A stretch of 64,000 bases of DNA from Gammaproteobacteria bacterium. GTDB lineage: Bacteria > Pseudomonadota > Gammaproteobacteria > Eutrophobiales > Eutrophobiaceae. The DNA lies in assembly GCA_965243205.1 (NCBI GenBank), contig CBDEUK010000002.1:1536001-1600000 (forward strand), in the 5' to 3' direction. Under the pieces are notes generated by a model. That model did no database searches, was not told the DNA's origin, and saw only the letters and a list, made by a program, of their open reading frames with translations. Below are positions 27,950-37,687 of the stretch, one piece after another. The translations under genes and the position numbers were made by a program. Numbering within the stretch: the first letter of the stretch is position 1; the number at the start of each line of letters is the position of its first letter.

Positions 27950-28738
27950 TTAGTAGATATACACTGCATTACAACTTTGTTGAGCGCCTTGAATATTCCA
28001 TATTTGCTGAGCAGCACCACCCCCAGCAGGAGGAGCACCAGCTATAGTACATTGAGGATTTGCTGCAGAATTTACATCGACAACGATACCAAATGCTCCA
28101 CCACCACCGCCAGTAGCCGCCGTACCACGCATGATGCCTGTCTGAGGTAAAGAATCGTCAATTTTTACATCCAACTCTCTCAATACATTTACAGGTATTT
28201 GTGTACCGAATGAAAAAATCAGTCTAGGTGCAGCCGCAGCACCTGCAGCTAACACATCATATTCATCAGAGGTTCCTAAAAGCACAGCTCCTTGGAAAGC
28301 ATTTACAGGTGTTGCACCTGCAGCTTGGTAACCAGCAACGCCAATTGTAGAACCAGCTGCAGCACCAAAAGCGACATTTTGTCCTGCATATAGCCCAGTA
28401 ATAAATCCTGCATTCGATAGATGATGCCAAACGTTGACTGCTTCATCTAAACTGCCTCGATCTAACTGCCCGTTTCCATTACCTCCATCTAAGTTATTCA
28501 CGCCTATCGCATTTCGGGCATTATTCTGAGGCATATCACCAGGAATAGCTCTGTAGCGATCAATAAAACCATAGTAGGCAGCTTGGATACCTGAATTTTG
28601 ATCGGCTAGGTTTCGTACTCTAGCACTGGTTATTAACTCCTGCCCTTTCAAAATACCGCCAAGTAATAGACCTATAATAACTAATACAATCGCTATTTCT
28701 ACTAAGGTAAAACCAGATTGTTTTTTTATACTAACCAT
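27950..28738 (-). CDS. type IV pilin-like protein, probable major subunit
   Basis: Class III signal KKQSG|FTLVEIAIVLVIIGLLLGG and a C-terminal Cys pair; has its own promoter and terminator. Confidence 0.92.
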   Translation of the reverse strand: MVSIKKQSGFTLVEIAIVLVIIGLLLGGILKGQELITSARVRNLADQNSGIQAAYYGFIDRYRAIPGDMPQNNARNAIGVNNLDGGNGNGQLDRGSLDEAVNVWHHLSNAGFITGLYAGQNVAFGAAAGSTIGVAGYQAAGATPVNAFQGAVLLGTSDEYDVLAAGAAAAPRLIFSFGTQIPVNVLRELDVKIDDSLPQTGIMRGTAATGGGGGAFGIVVDVNSAANPQCTIAGAPPAGGGAAQQIWNIQGAQQSCNAVYIY

Positions 28739-28785
28739 ACTTTTTCTCTTTAAAAATTTATTAATAAGAACATTGCTATGCTTAT

Positions 28786-28801
28786 TGCAGTCATCATGCC
28801 A
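28786..28801 (-). promoter_or_regulatory. sigma54 (-24/-12) promoter of the pilin gene
   Basis: TGGCATGATGACTGCA, an exact GG-N10-GC, 48 bp upstream of the pilin ATG. Confidence 0.8.
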
Positions 28802-28806
28802 GAGTA

Positions 28807-28819
28807 CAAGTCATTGATT
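28807..28819 (-). promoter_or_regulatory. IHF site between sigma54 promoter and enhancer
   Basis: AATCAATGACTTG, an exact match to WATCAANNNNTTR. Confidence 0.6.
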
Positions 28820-28874
28820 ATTAAGTAGAAACATATTTATATATAGTCTAAACTGGCAATATTTCATCAAAAGT

Positions 28875-28890
28875 TGTCGAAATATCAACA
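28875..28890. promoter_or_regulatory. putative upstream activator sequence (TGT-N10-ACA)
   Basis: TGTCGAAATATCAACA, about 75-90 bp upstream of the sigma54 -24 element. Confidence 0.45.
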
Positions 28891-28977
28891 GTTTTATTTT
28901 AGTTGTTTTTAAACAAACTCTTTAAAATATAACTAAACACATTGCTTTTAAGCATAGGAAAAAAAGGATATGCAAAC

Positions 28978-30252
28978 ATGCAGTTTTCCAAAATAATAAT
29001 CATTAAAGTCCTGATTATTTTTATTACCTTCTTCCTTTTTTTCAGTAACGCTGTTGGTTTGTTAGAAATGGGATGGATTACTAAACCAGATATATTTATT
29101 TCATCCAATTTTAGTAATCTCGGTGAACACTCGGTTTTGCAATTAGAAGTTTTCAGCTCACCTGAATTTTTCTGCCTTGTCATCATTGGAACAATACTAA
29201 CCTTCGTACTACCAATGCTTAATCCTGTTATGGGATCTCTACTTACTTTTGTATGCATGATTCCACCTTTCATGATGCAAATTTACGCTGATCGAGGATT
29301 GTTTTTCTCAGGCAACATGGATCCGCTTATTCCTTTGGAATATACCTTCCTAATGATTCTAGTTTTATTCGTAGTAAACAATCTGGTTTCTTTATTCACC
29401 GAAATGAGACATAAACGATTAATGCTGGAATCATTCAGTCATTTTGTTCCTCCACAAATTGCTGAGCAGATTGCTAAAGACCCTGCAAATGTCAACATGA
29501 AAGGACAAGCTAGAGAAATGACGGTTATGTTTACTGATCTCGTCAGTTTTACAGATGCATCGGAGCGTCTTAACTCGGCTCAAGTAACCTCTTTACTCAA
29601 TGCTTATTTCAATGAAATGACGGATGTAATTTATCAATTCCAAGGCACTATTGATAAATACATGGGGGATTCGATTATGGCATTTTGGAATGCTCCTATT
29701 ACTCAAACCGATCATGCAAACCGTGCTATTGAAACCTGCTTTGAAATGCATAAACGAATCGAAGAAATCTCGGCTGATTTCAAAAAAAGAGGGTGGCCAG
29801 CTCCAGAAATGAGTATTGGTATTAATACAGGCATGATGAATGTTGGCAATATGGGATCAAAATATCGAATTGCATACACGGTAATTGGTGATGCAGTAAA
29901 TACAGCTTCTAGAATTGAAAACTTAACACGGTTTTATAAAGTGCCTACCATTGTTACTAAAACAACAATGGAAAGTGCTTCTGGTTTTTTATACAGAGAA
30001 CTTGACCAAGTCGCTGTTAAAGGTAAAAAAAATAAGGTTCAAATCTATGAACCTGTATGCAAAAAAGGCGAAGCAAATGAATCTATTTTAAAGAAAATTC
30101 AAAATCATGAAATAGCTCTCAAATACTACTTTAATGGTAATTGGATTGAAGCTAGACAAAAGTTTGAGAACTTGTTATTCGATTATAGAGATGACTATTA
30201 TGAAGTAATGATTAGTATTATTGATCGTGAATATCAAATGTACTTAAGATAA
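28978..30252 (+). CDS. membrane-bound class III adenylate cyclase
   Basis: N-terminal TM helices; MFTDLVSFT; IDKYMGDSIMAFW (Lys indicates ATP specificity); YTVIGDAVNTASRIE. ATG at 28978 follows AAAGGA. Confidence 0.9.
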   Translation: MQFSKIIIIKVLIIFITFFLFFSNAVGLLEMGWITKPDIFISSNFSNLGEHSVLQLEVFSSPEFFCLVIIGTILTFVLPMLNPVMGSLLTFVCMIPPFMMQIYADRGLFFSGNMDPLIPLEYTFLMILVLFVVNNLVSLFTEMRHKRLMLESFSHFVPPQIAEQIAKDPANVNMKGQAREMTVMFTDLVSFTDASERLNSAQVTSLLNAYFNEMTDVIYQFQGTIDKYMGDSIMAFWNAPITQTDHANRAIETCFEMHKRIEEISADFKKRGWPAPEMSIGINTGMMNVGNMGSKYRIAYTVIGDAVNTASRIENLTRFYKVPTIVTKTTMESASGFLYRELDQVAVKGKKNKVQIYEPVCKKGEANESILKKIQNHEIALKYYFNGNWIEARQKFENLLFDYRDDYYEVMISIIDREYQMYLR

Positions 30253-30255
30253 TAT

Positions 30256-30981
30256 TTAATCTTTCAATTTCGATTCCAACTCACTTAAGCGATTATGTAA
30301 AAAACGTAATTCATGCTCATCTTTAATTTCACCAGACTCTAGGAAACCCCCTATCAATATTTTTGCACTTTCAAGCTGATCCAATTCTTCCAGTATAAAT
30401 AATTCCATTTGTGTTGCCCAAGCAGGCGCAGCATCATACGAAGTATTTTCTCTTAGAAGTTTAGCAAAACTCAAAGCCAAATCTAAATCTTTAAGTTCGT
30501 ATTTAGCTACATAAACACAATACGCCATCCATCGCCATCGTTGATTAGGCTTTTTTAAATATTCATCCTTAACAAAATCCAACATGATTTTTTTCTTAAT
30601 AGTGTTATCCACTCTAGAATAAACGCGGCTTGCAGTTAATAAGGGATATTGAGATTTATTGTCTAATGATTGAATCAGGCCCAACCACTCTTTGATAATA
30701 GAATAGTTGAGTTCCTTAAAACTTAAACTAACACCGGGTTGATTATCAAACGCTTGCAGCCATAGCATAAGTGTTTTTGAAGCAATTATGTTATCGGATA
30801 AAGCAGGTAATAAATAGTAATATGAATTAGCAGGTTTTGTTAATTGTTCAATTTTTAATTGGGGCTTTATGAAATAAAGATGAAAAATAACTTGTAGCGC
30901 TAAAAATAATACCAATCCAATAATGTAGTGTTTTGGAACATATTCAACTGGCCTTTCCCTATTAGTAGTTAGTATATACAT
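30256..30981 (-). CDS. membrane-anchored helical (TPR-like) pilus accessory protein, PilG(Myxococcus)/XapA-like
   Basis: Single N-terminal TM and an all-helical periplasmic region; directly follows the ABC permease. Family assignment is by context only. Confidence 0.55.
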   Translation of the reverse strand: MYILTTNRERPVEYVPKHYIIGLVLFLALQVIFHLYFIKPQLKIEQLTKPANSYYYLLPALSDNIIASKTLMLWLQAFDNQPGVSLSFKELNYSIIKEWLGLIQSLDNKSQYPLLTASRVYSRVDNTIKKKIMLDFVKDEYLKKPNQRWRWMAYCVYVAKYELKDLDLALSFAKLLRENTSYDAAPAWATQMELFILEELDQLESAKILIGGFLESGEIKDEHELRFLHNRLSELESKLKD

Positions 30982-30986
30982 TTAAT

Positions 30987-31757
30987 TTAAAATTCCATTC
31001 GATACAGATCAAAAAGTGCTACAAATGAAATAAATGCGACATATATAATGCATTGAAGCATATTTAAGAAAATATCATTAAGATTAAAACTACCATAAAT
31101 TAGCCACGAAGTTTGCGCAAAATCATATAATGATGGAATAACAGTATCAATTATATCTAACGTCCAATTAATAAATTTATAAGAAAGAGTGTTCGTTTCT
31201 ATAATTGGGCTATCACTAATTAACTGGATAATTTCCATATTTCTGGAAAGGATATAAAACGACATAATACTTACAAACGAAATAACCGTTTGCTTAAATG
31301 TAAAAAAGAATAACAAACTAAGTGCTATCACGATTAATAACTCACAATAAAACGATAGACACCAATAAATGACTAGTTTCAGAGGAATATATAACGCTAG
31401 ACAAATTGCAAGAATAACTACTGCAATTAAACCAATCAACGCGTAGCCAACCAGCTTTCCAGTGTAGTACGTATGGCGTTTAATTGCGTGAGAAAATATA
31501 TGCAACATTACTTTATCATCAAACTCTCTTGTCAAACTTGTTAATATAAATAAACTCAGCACTACGACTAAAAGAATTCTGGATGAAAAACTAATCCAAG
31601 CGGTGGCAATTTCTTTACTTTCAGTAATTGCGATTTCAGAGATAAATTCTGCTATTCCTAATAACAAAAGCAAGCCTATAATAAGGAATAATAAGTTTTT
31701 ATTTCGAACACTTTCTATGACAGTATATTTAGCAATGGCAAAAGAACTATTTTTCAT
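30987..31757 (-). CDS. ABC-2 type permease (PilI/XapB-like)
   Basis: About 6 TM helices; motifs IAKYTVIESVRNK, REFDDK and YYTGKLVG. Confidence 0.8.
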   Translation of the reverse strand: MKNSSFAIAKYTVIESVRNKNLLFLIIGLLLLLGIAEFISEIAITESKEIATAWISFSSRILLVVVLSLFILTSLTREFDDKVMLHIFSHAIKRHTYYTGKLVGYALIGLIAVVILAICLALYIPLKLVIYWCLSFYCELLIVIALSLLFFFTFKQTVISFVSIMSFYILSRNMEIIQLISDSPIIETNTLSYKFINWTLDIIDTVIPSLYDFAQTSWLIYGSFNLNDIFLNMLQCIIYVAFISFVALFDLYRMEF

Positions 31758-31797
31758 TATCTAATCCGATTCGCTCAATTTTCTAAATTATAACGGT

Positions 31798-33474
31798 ATG
31801 AATAATAAGAAAACAAATTCTCGTTTTACATTACAAACCATTAGCCTAGTTCTAATGCTAGAACTATTACATTTAGCCGTTTGGTTTGATTTTGGAAGCT
31901 TAATTTCAAAATCGCTTTTCTTAGCTCATTTTGGATTTTTCTTAATATGGCAACCAATCTGGCAGCAAAGTAAAAGCTTCACACTTGTAAATACCTCGGT
32001 TTTTATTACTGCTATTTTCTGTTTCGTTTACTGGATTAATTTATGGTTAATCGTCGGATGGGTTATTTTATTGGTTGGCTTTATAGGTGGCATTTATAAA
32101 CAACGCCGTACAGAACATTTATTTTATATGTTTGTGTTGATATTTTTAATTTCTGAATTGTTAATTGGCTGTAACACACAAATATTCAATATCGTATTAA
32201 ATATTCAAGAACAAAAAATCTTCAGCTATGGAATGCTCTATATTCCTCTATTACTATTTTTATTTAAACAAGAAACGAAAAAACAACTTATATCTGTTGA
32301 CCTATTAAGAGCGATTAGTAGCGCATTACTTATCAGTATATTGACATTAGGAAGCTTATTAGTGATGTACCATACTGGGACTAATTATTTTAATGCGTTA
32401 ATTAGAACAATATTATCTATTGCTGTAAGTCTTATTGTTATCAGTTGGTTATTATCACCAAAACTTGGTTTTAGTGGTTTATCGCAACTCTGGTATCAAT
32501 CATTATTAAATATAGGAACACCTTTCGAAAAGTGGTTGCACGATTTATACATGATCAATCAAAGAATTGATTCACCTGAATTATTTATCGAGGAAACGAT
32601 GGATGAATTAACAACTGTTAATTGGGTTTCCGGTATTGAATGGCAATTACCACATACTAAGAATAAAGCTGGCGAAGAAAGCAAATATACTATCCCTATT
32701 AAAATTAATGATCTAAATGTCACTTTTCATACACATATTCTTGCTGGAGGTGCTTTAATTTTACATTCACGGTTATTAATTAGGCTTATAGAAAATATGT
32801 ACACCGCTAAAGTACAAGAACATAAATTAGCACAACAAGCACATCTTAAAAATATACATGAAACTGGCGCGAGAATTACGCATGATATAAAAAACCTTCT
32901 ACAGTCACTAAATATGATGACTGCTATGGCTTCAAAAAATAATCTGGATACTGATAAAAAACAAAAACTTATTAATCAACAATTACCAAATATTTCTCAA
33001 CGTTTGCAACTTGCATTGAATAAACTAGAAACACCAGACATTACTGAAGAAATAATTATTAAACCCATTAATAACTGGTTAGAAACTTTAAACTCTAGAA
33101 TCGAATCAAATACAGTTACTATTCATTCTGATATTAGAAGCAATCATCCTATCCCTATGAGTATGTTTGATAGTGTCGTCGATAATCTACTAGAGAATGC
33201 CTATTTTAAGCAGCAATTAGATAATTCGATTAAAATTGAAATAACTGTTATTAGTAATGAAAAAGAAATCTCTATTCGCTTTGCTGATAACGGAGATGCA
33301 ATACCACAATATATAGCTGATAGATTGTTTAATGAAATAATTGCCTCAGAATCAGGCTTAGGTATAGGTTTATACCAAGCCGCTAAACAAACAAAGCAAA
33401 ACGGCTATGATTTTATTCTCTCAAACAATACTAATGGGAAGGTTGAATTTTCACTTATAAGAGAATTAGGGTAA
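31798..33474 (+). CDS. multi-TM sensor histidine kinase (PrsK-like H-box)
   Basis: About 8 N-terminal TM helices; H-box THDIKNLLQSL; NLLENA; DNGDAI; GLGIGLYQ. Confidence 0.88.
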   Translation: MNNKKTNSRFTLQTISLVLMLELLHLAVWFDFGSLISKSLFLAHFGFFLIWQPIWQQSKSFTLVNTSVFITAIFCFVYWINLWLIVGWVILLVGFIGGIYKQRRTEHLFYMFVLIFLISELLIGCNTQIFNIVLNIQEQKIFSYGMLYIPLLLFLFKQETKKQLISVDLLRAISSALLISILTLGSLLVMYHTGTNYFNALIRTILSIAVSLIVISWLLSPKLGFSGLSQLWYQSLLNIGTPFEKWLHDLYMINQRIDSPELFIEETMDELTTVNWVSGIEWQLPHTKNKAGEESKYTIPIKINDLNVTFHTHILAGGALILHSRLLIRLIENMYTAKVQEHKLAQQAHLKNIHETGARITHDIKNLLQSLNMMTAMASKNNLDTDKKQKLINQQLPNISQRLQLALNKLETPDITEEIIIKPINNWLETLNSRIESNTVTIHSDIRSNHPIPMSMFDSVVDNLLENAYFKQQLDNSIKIEITVISNEKEISIRFADNGDAIPQYIADRLFNEIIASESGLGIGLYQAAKQTKQNGYDFILSNNTNGKVEFSLIRELG

Positions 33475-34395
33475 ACGCCCTGCTTGAACAAGTTTGCTTT
33501 TTAATACCTGAGGGGAAATCCATATAATTTGATCATCAATACCAAGTTGACTTATACCTCCTGCGACAGCACCACCAGGCGACACAGCTGGCCCAGGGTT
33601 TATATAATTAGATAATATAAATATTCCATCAGAATCGCTATTTTCAGCTTCATTGCATAAAAAAGCTGGTGTTGGTGTATCTATTAATCCTGTACCTGGA
33701 TTTAAGGTTCTAGTGACATTTTCTCCATGCGAAACAACAACAGCAAATACATCTTGTGCCACCGGAACAAATGGCGCTACACAAACGGTTCCATCTTGTA
33801 TAGTGATATTTCCTACAGGACACATGTCAATCGTCGCTAAATTCTCGGTTGAATTTAATGGGCAATTAACAGGAACGCTTATAGGATTAAGATTACCAGG
33901 GGTTCCAGTGCCAACAAAATCAGCCACATAATCCATAACAGAATATGTAAACCAACTTTCCCATTCATCAAATTCTCCAACCCCTAAAGTAACCCAAGGT
34001 AAATTGCCCTCAATAGGTAATACTCCTTGATTTCCATTGCCAAGCACAGCTGGGGTAGGATCAGCAGCACATTGTTGTGTACCGGCAGGACCAGGAATTA
34101 AATCTTCAGTACCATCATTTAAATTACCTACAGCAACCAAATTGCAGCTTCCAACTCCTGCATTTCTGCAATCAGGACATGGCAATCGACCATTCGTTAT
34201 AGCAAAACCATAAAGAGCTTCTTCAATTGTTTTCAAGCTTTCTTCTGTTTTAACACGCCGCTCTTGTTTTATTCCTTCTCTTAATGGAACTAATAGTCCT
34301 GCAAGTAGCAAACCCATAATTACTAGGACAACGGTCATTTCAACTAAAGTAAAACCTGTTACTTTCTTTAATATAGTGTTTGATATTTTATTCAT
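33466..34395 (-). CDS. minor pilin/pseudopilin
   Basis: KKVTG|FTLVEMTVVLVIMGLLL, GRLPCPD, several cysteines. Confidence 0.88.
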   Translation of the reverse strand: MNKISNTILKKVTGFTLVEMTVVLVIMGLLLAGLLVPLREGIKQERRVKTEESLKTIEEALYGFAITNGRLPCPDCRNAGVGSCNLVAVGNLNDGTEDLIPGPAGTQQCAADPTPAVLGNGNQGVLPIEGNLPWVTLGVGEFDEWESWFTYSVMDYVADFVGTGTPGNLNPISVPVNCPLNSTENLATIDMCPVGNITIQDGTVCVAPFVPVAQDVFAVVVSHGENVTRTLNPGTGLIDTPTPAFLCNEAENSDSDGIFILSNYINPGPAVSPGGAVAGGISQLGIDDQIIWISPQVLKSKLVQAGRLP

Positions 34396-36458
34396 GGTTG
34401 AGTGGTATTTAGCATTATATTAATTTGATCATTATAGGAATTTGATAAAAGCTGTTTATCAAAATTTAAATTGCCGAGCCCTCCAATACTTTCAAAATAA
34501 TCTGTGAAAGTTGTATTAGGTCTTGCCGTTGGGTTTGGCGCTACTGCTGGTGTTAAATCCTGTCCAGCAATCATAAGTAAAACTCTATTATCATTAATTT
34601 GATTTAGCCCATTGGAAGTTAAATTCAAGCAATTACCACCTGCACCTGGCACACAAATCGCTGAAGGAGGAAAAGCAGAGTTTATAGAACCTGGCAATGG
34701 TTCTACAACCAAAACTGGATAAGCAACATAAACCATATGATGCCAATTATTAGCCACAAACCATGTTGGTAATACCGGAGGAGATTCACCAACTGATGAA
34801 TATGATGAATCACCATCAATATCAATTCCTAATGTATCAATATGATGATCAAGATTATTTATATTCATCGTTGTAGTGGGTGGAAATGGAACTACTCCTT
34901 GTACTGTTAATGTAGATTGTCCAAGTTGTACAGGCGGATTAGGGTTAATAGTTCCTACATCAGTAATTTGGATAGTCAGCTGATTTGGAAAGTTTCCATT
35001 GATACTAAGATTACGTCTCAAATGGGCTGCAGCAGTGGGAGGAATATAATTTACGTTTGAACCATCATCTGTGTATGTAATAGAGTAAGTTCTTACAAAA
35101 TTATCATAGCATGTACCAGTATTATCGTTTATACAAATCGTTGTTGAACTAATATCAGATGAACAATTGAATGTATTACGTCCAGCATTAATAGCGGAAT
35201 TCCAAACACAATTAATATTATTTACTCCTAAAGCACCTGCAGTCATAGGAGAATTAATAGGAAAACCTGCGGGTGGAGGTATTATATTCACACCGCAATT
35301 TAGTGGGAAGTCATTCGTGCTACAGTAATAAGTCTCAATGCAATTAGAATCCGTTAAACAACTGACATTTGGATCAGCGGGATTAGGCCCGACAAAACCT
35401 GCGGCTGGCAGTCCACTCCAACTAGCATCAAAATTAACTGAAGCAATATTATAAACCGTATTATCTACAAAAACTGGTAACTGACCAAATGTAGTGTTTA
35501 TGACACCTAAAGAATTTACATCAGCTGTTGTAGGATCAAATGGTTTTAACCACGGTAATCCATATACATCATCACAATTAAATGGAGCAATTAGACAATT
35601 TGGATCATCATCAAAAAAATTATTATCGCCATCATCATCAACGCCATTAATATTTTGATCATCCCTATCTGGATCTATTCGATAATATCTCAAGGCACTC
35701 GTTGCTTCATTTAGTACTCTTTTTTCTACCGCTTTCATTAACTCTTGGCGAGTAATTACTAATATTCGATCATTAAAATTTGTACCATCATCACCAGGAA
35801 GAAAAGAAATAAAGTTTCTATCATTACCATCTGAATTTACTGAATCTAAATAGGCTGTATAGTCATTTACACCTAGTATTCGGTTTTGACCAGGTAATGC
35901 AGCACCAGGAGAAAAGATAATCGCAACAATATCTGGGCCATTAATATTGTTATCAACAACAAAAGGCCCATCAATATTTGCAATGGCTTGATCGTCTGAA
36001 ATAGTATCGCTGTTATGATTAGGATTAACAGGTAATGCACCAGTATTCCTATAATTGTCGGCTACCACGTACCATAAATGTTCTCCAGAACCATCTTGTA
36101 ACTCTTCTATTTCCAAAGTTTTATAGGGTAACCAACCTACTGCACCTCCTGTAGAAAGATTTCCACACCCAAGATTATTAGTTTGTCCATCATCATTATT
36201 ATCTGGACATGGCAAATAACCTGGGCCTCTTAAAGTTGTAGCACCGGTTCTTTCTGGTACTGATACAGCATATGCAATTAATGCCTCTTTAGCCCTTTGG
36301 AGAGCATCGTAGGTTTTTTCTATATTTTCACGGTCACGAACTTTTGCATTAAGCTTTGAGACAAGTAGAAAAGATGAGCCAACAATCATTACTAGCACGA
36401 AAGCTAATAACGCTGCGCCTCTTTGAGATTGGATTTTATTGTTTAGGCTAAACAACAT
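34392..36458 (-). CDS. large PilX/GspK-like minor pilin with Cys/Asp-rich insert, possible tip adhesin
   Basis: QSQRG|AALLAFVLVM (no Glu5, K/X-type), GYLPCPD, DxDxDG-like loops, many cysteines. Confidence 0.72.
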   Translation of the reverse strand: MLFSLNNKIQSQRGAALLAFVLVMIVGSSFLLVSKLNAKVRDRENIEKTYDALQRAKEALIAYAVSVPERTGATTLRGPGYLPCPDNNDDGQTNNLGCGNLSTGGAVGWLPYKTLEIEELQDGSGEHLWYVVADNYRNTGALPVNPNHNSDTISDDQAIANIDGPFVVDNNINGPDIVAIIFSPGAALPGQNRILGVNDYTAYLDSVNSDGNDRNFISFLPGDDGTNFNDRILVITRQELMKAVEKRVLNEATSALRYYRIDPDRDDQNINGVDDDGDNNFFDDDPNCLIAPFNCDDVYGLPWLKPFDPTTADVNSLGVINTTFGQLPVFVDNTVYNIASVNFDASWSGLPAAGFVGPNPADPNVSCLTDSNCIETYYCSTNDFPLNCGVNIIPPPAGFPINSPMTAGALGVNNINCVWNSAINAGRNTFNCSSDISSTTICINDNTGTCYDNFVRTYSITYTDDGSNVNYIPPTAAAHLRRNLSINGNFPNQLTIQITDVGTINPNPPVQLGQSTLTVQGVVPFPPTTTMNINNLDHHIDTLGIDIDGDSSYSSVGESPPVLPTWFVANNWHHMVYVAYPVLVVEPLPGSINSAFPPSAICVPGAGGNCLNLTSNGLNQINDNRVLLMIAGQDLTPAVAPNPTARPNTTFTDYFESIGGLGNLNFDKQLLSNSYNDQINIMLNTTQP

Positions 36459-36508
36459 TCTTTCTTAACCTTCCTTACTTTTCCAATCAGAAACTAAGAT
36501 AGTTATTA

Positions 36509-37045
36509 TTAATTTTGAGCTTCAGAATCTAAAGTTTCTGGAGTATAGGTTTCGCCAACTTTGAGTGTAACATTGGTTTTATTATCGGGTAGTTTTACCG
36601 TAACACTATCATTATGAATCGTACGATTCTTCACAGTAATATTTTCTTCGATCATACCACCTTCATAGGTATTATTATCATTTATCCAAACGGTATTATT
36701 CCCTTTTTTACGTGAAACAATTCCCTTTAAGCTAATAGGTTCTTTAAGCACTTCAACCTCTTCTACTTCTTCCTCTTCCCAAAAGAGGCCTTCTTCTTCA
36801 AAGCCTTGAGTAACTTCTTGTCCTTCAGCAGTAATAGCTTGTTCATCTTTTACTTTAGAAGGATCTTTAATCTGAACGTCTTCGTATTGAGTAACGTGAT
36901 GCTGAGATCTCATAGGTTTTGATATTCGTAAATCCTCCAACATGGAACGTTGTGCCGGTGAAGTAAACAAACGACCTAGCTGATCAACACTATGTACTGA
37001 TGTTGAAACTAACATTAAAACCAGAAATGAATAAAATACTTTCAT
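36509..37045 (-). CDS. exported pilus/T2SS alignment protein (PilP/MshK-like position)
   Basis: Signal peptide; LGRLFTSPAQR; C-terminal beta domain LKGIV...TVWIN...LKVGE. Confidence 0.6.
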   Translation of the reverse strand: MKVFYSFLVLMLVSTSVHSVDQLGRLFTSPAQRSMLEDLRISKPMRSQHHVTQYEDVQIKDPSKVKDEQAITAEGQEVTQGFEEEGLFWEEEEVEEVEVLKEPISLKGIVSRKKGNNTVWINDNNTYEGGMIEENITVKNRTIHNDSVTVKLPDNKTNVTLKVGETYTPETLDSEAQN

Positions 37046-37057
37046 AATATCAAACCA

Positions 37058-37687
37058 TTAAATCGATAACTCTGTACCATCACTTTTTTTAATATTAAAC
37101 CATTCCAGTTCACACTTGGCATCTACATTACTAGTGGTAGTACTACGTTTAATCACATCATTTTTTCGAACCAGTTCACAGCTACGTATCGAATAAATTC
37201 CATTAGCATTCTCATTTAATTTTTGCATTAGATTGACTAAATCACCTTCATGTAAAAGCTGTAAATTAAGATCCATGCTACTGACATAAACTTTAAAACT
37301 ACCTTGTGTAACAGGAAAACGATTATCGTATTCTGTTTGGGAGTTAATTTGGTAGCCTACTGAAGGGATCTGAATTTCTTGCCCTAAATTCCTTAATGTT
37401 TCTATCCAATTTAGGCGATGTTCACGACCAATAATGCCTATTTCATATAATGCAGCATAACTTGGATAAAAGTCCCGAATATTTTTTTCCTCTTGATCCA
37501 CGGCTAAGTAACGTTGGCTAATATTTTGAAATTGCGTTTTATGTTTACTGTATTCTGCAAACATTTCACCACGAAAATAGTAGCTAAACCAGATCATCAA
37601 AGCTGCGATTGCGATGCTAACCAATAAAACAATTAAAGCGCCACGTATCATTGAAAATTCAATGTTACTATTTGTACTCTCACTCAT
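37058..37687 (-). CDS. PilO/GspM-like inner-membrane alignment protein
   Basis: TM, coiled coil and ferredoxin-like region (LLHEGDL); position in the operon; ATG at 37687. Confidence 0.65.
   Translation of the reverse strand: MSESTNSNIEFSMIRGALIVLLVSIAIAALMIWFSYYFRGEMFAEYSKHKTQFQNISQRYLAVDQEEKNIRDFYPSYAALYEIGIIGREHRLNWIETLRNLGQEIQIPSVGYQINSQTEYDNRFPVTQGSFKVYVSSMDLNLQLLHEGDLVNLMQKLNENANGIYSIRSCELVRKNDVIKRSTTTSNVDAKCELEWFNIKKSDGTELSI

Noticed and set aside
28899-29273. 124-aa minus-strand ORF upstream of the pilin gene
   Set aside because: It is antisense to the TM region of the adenylate cyclase and has no motifs.
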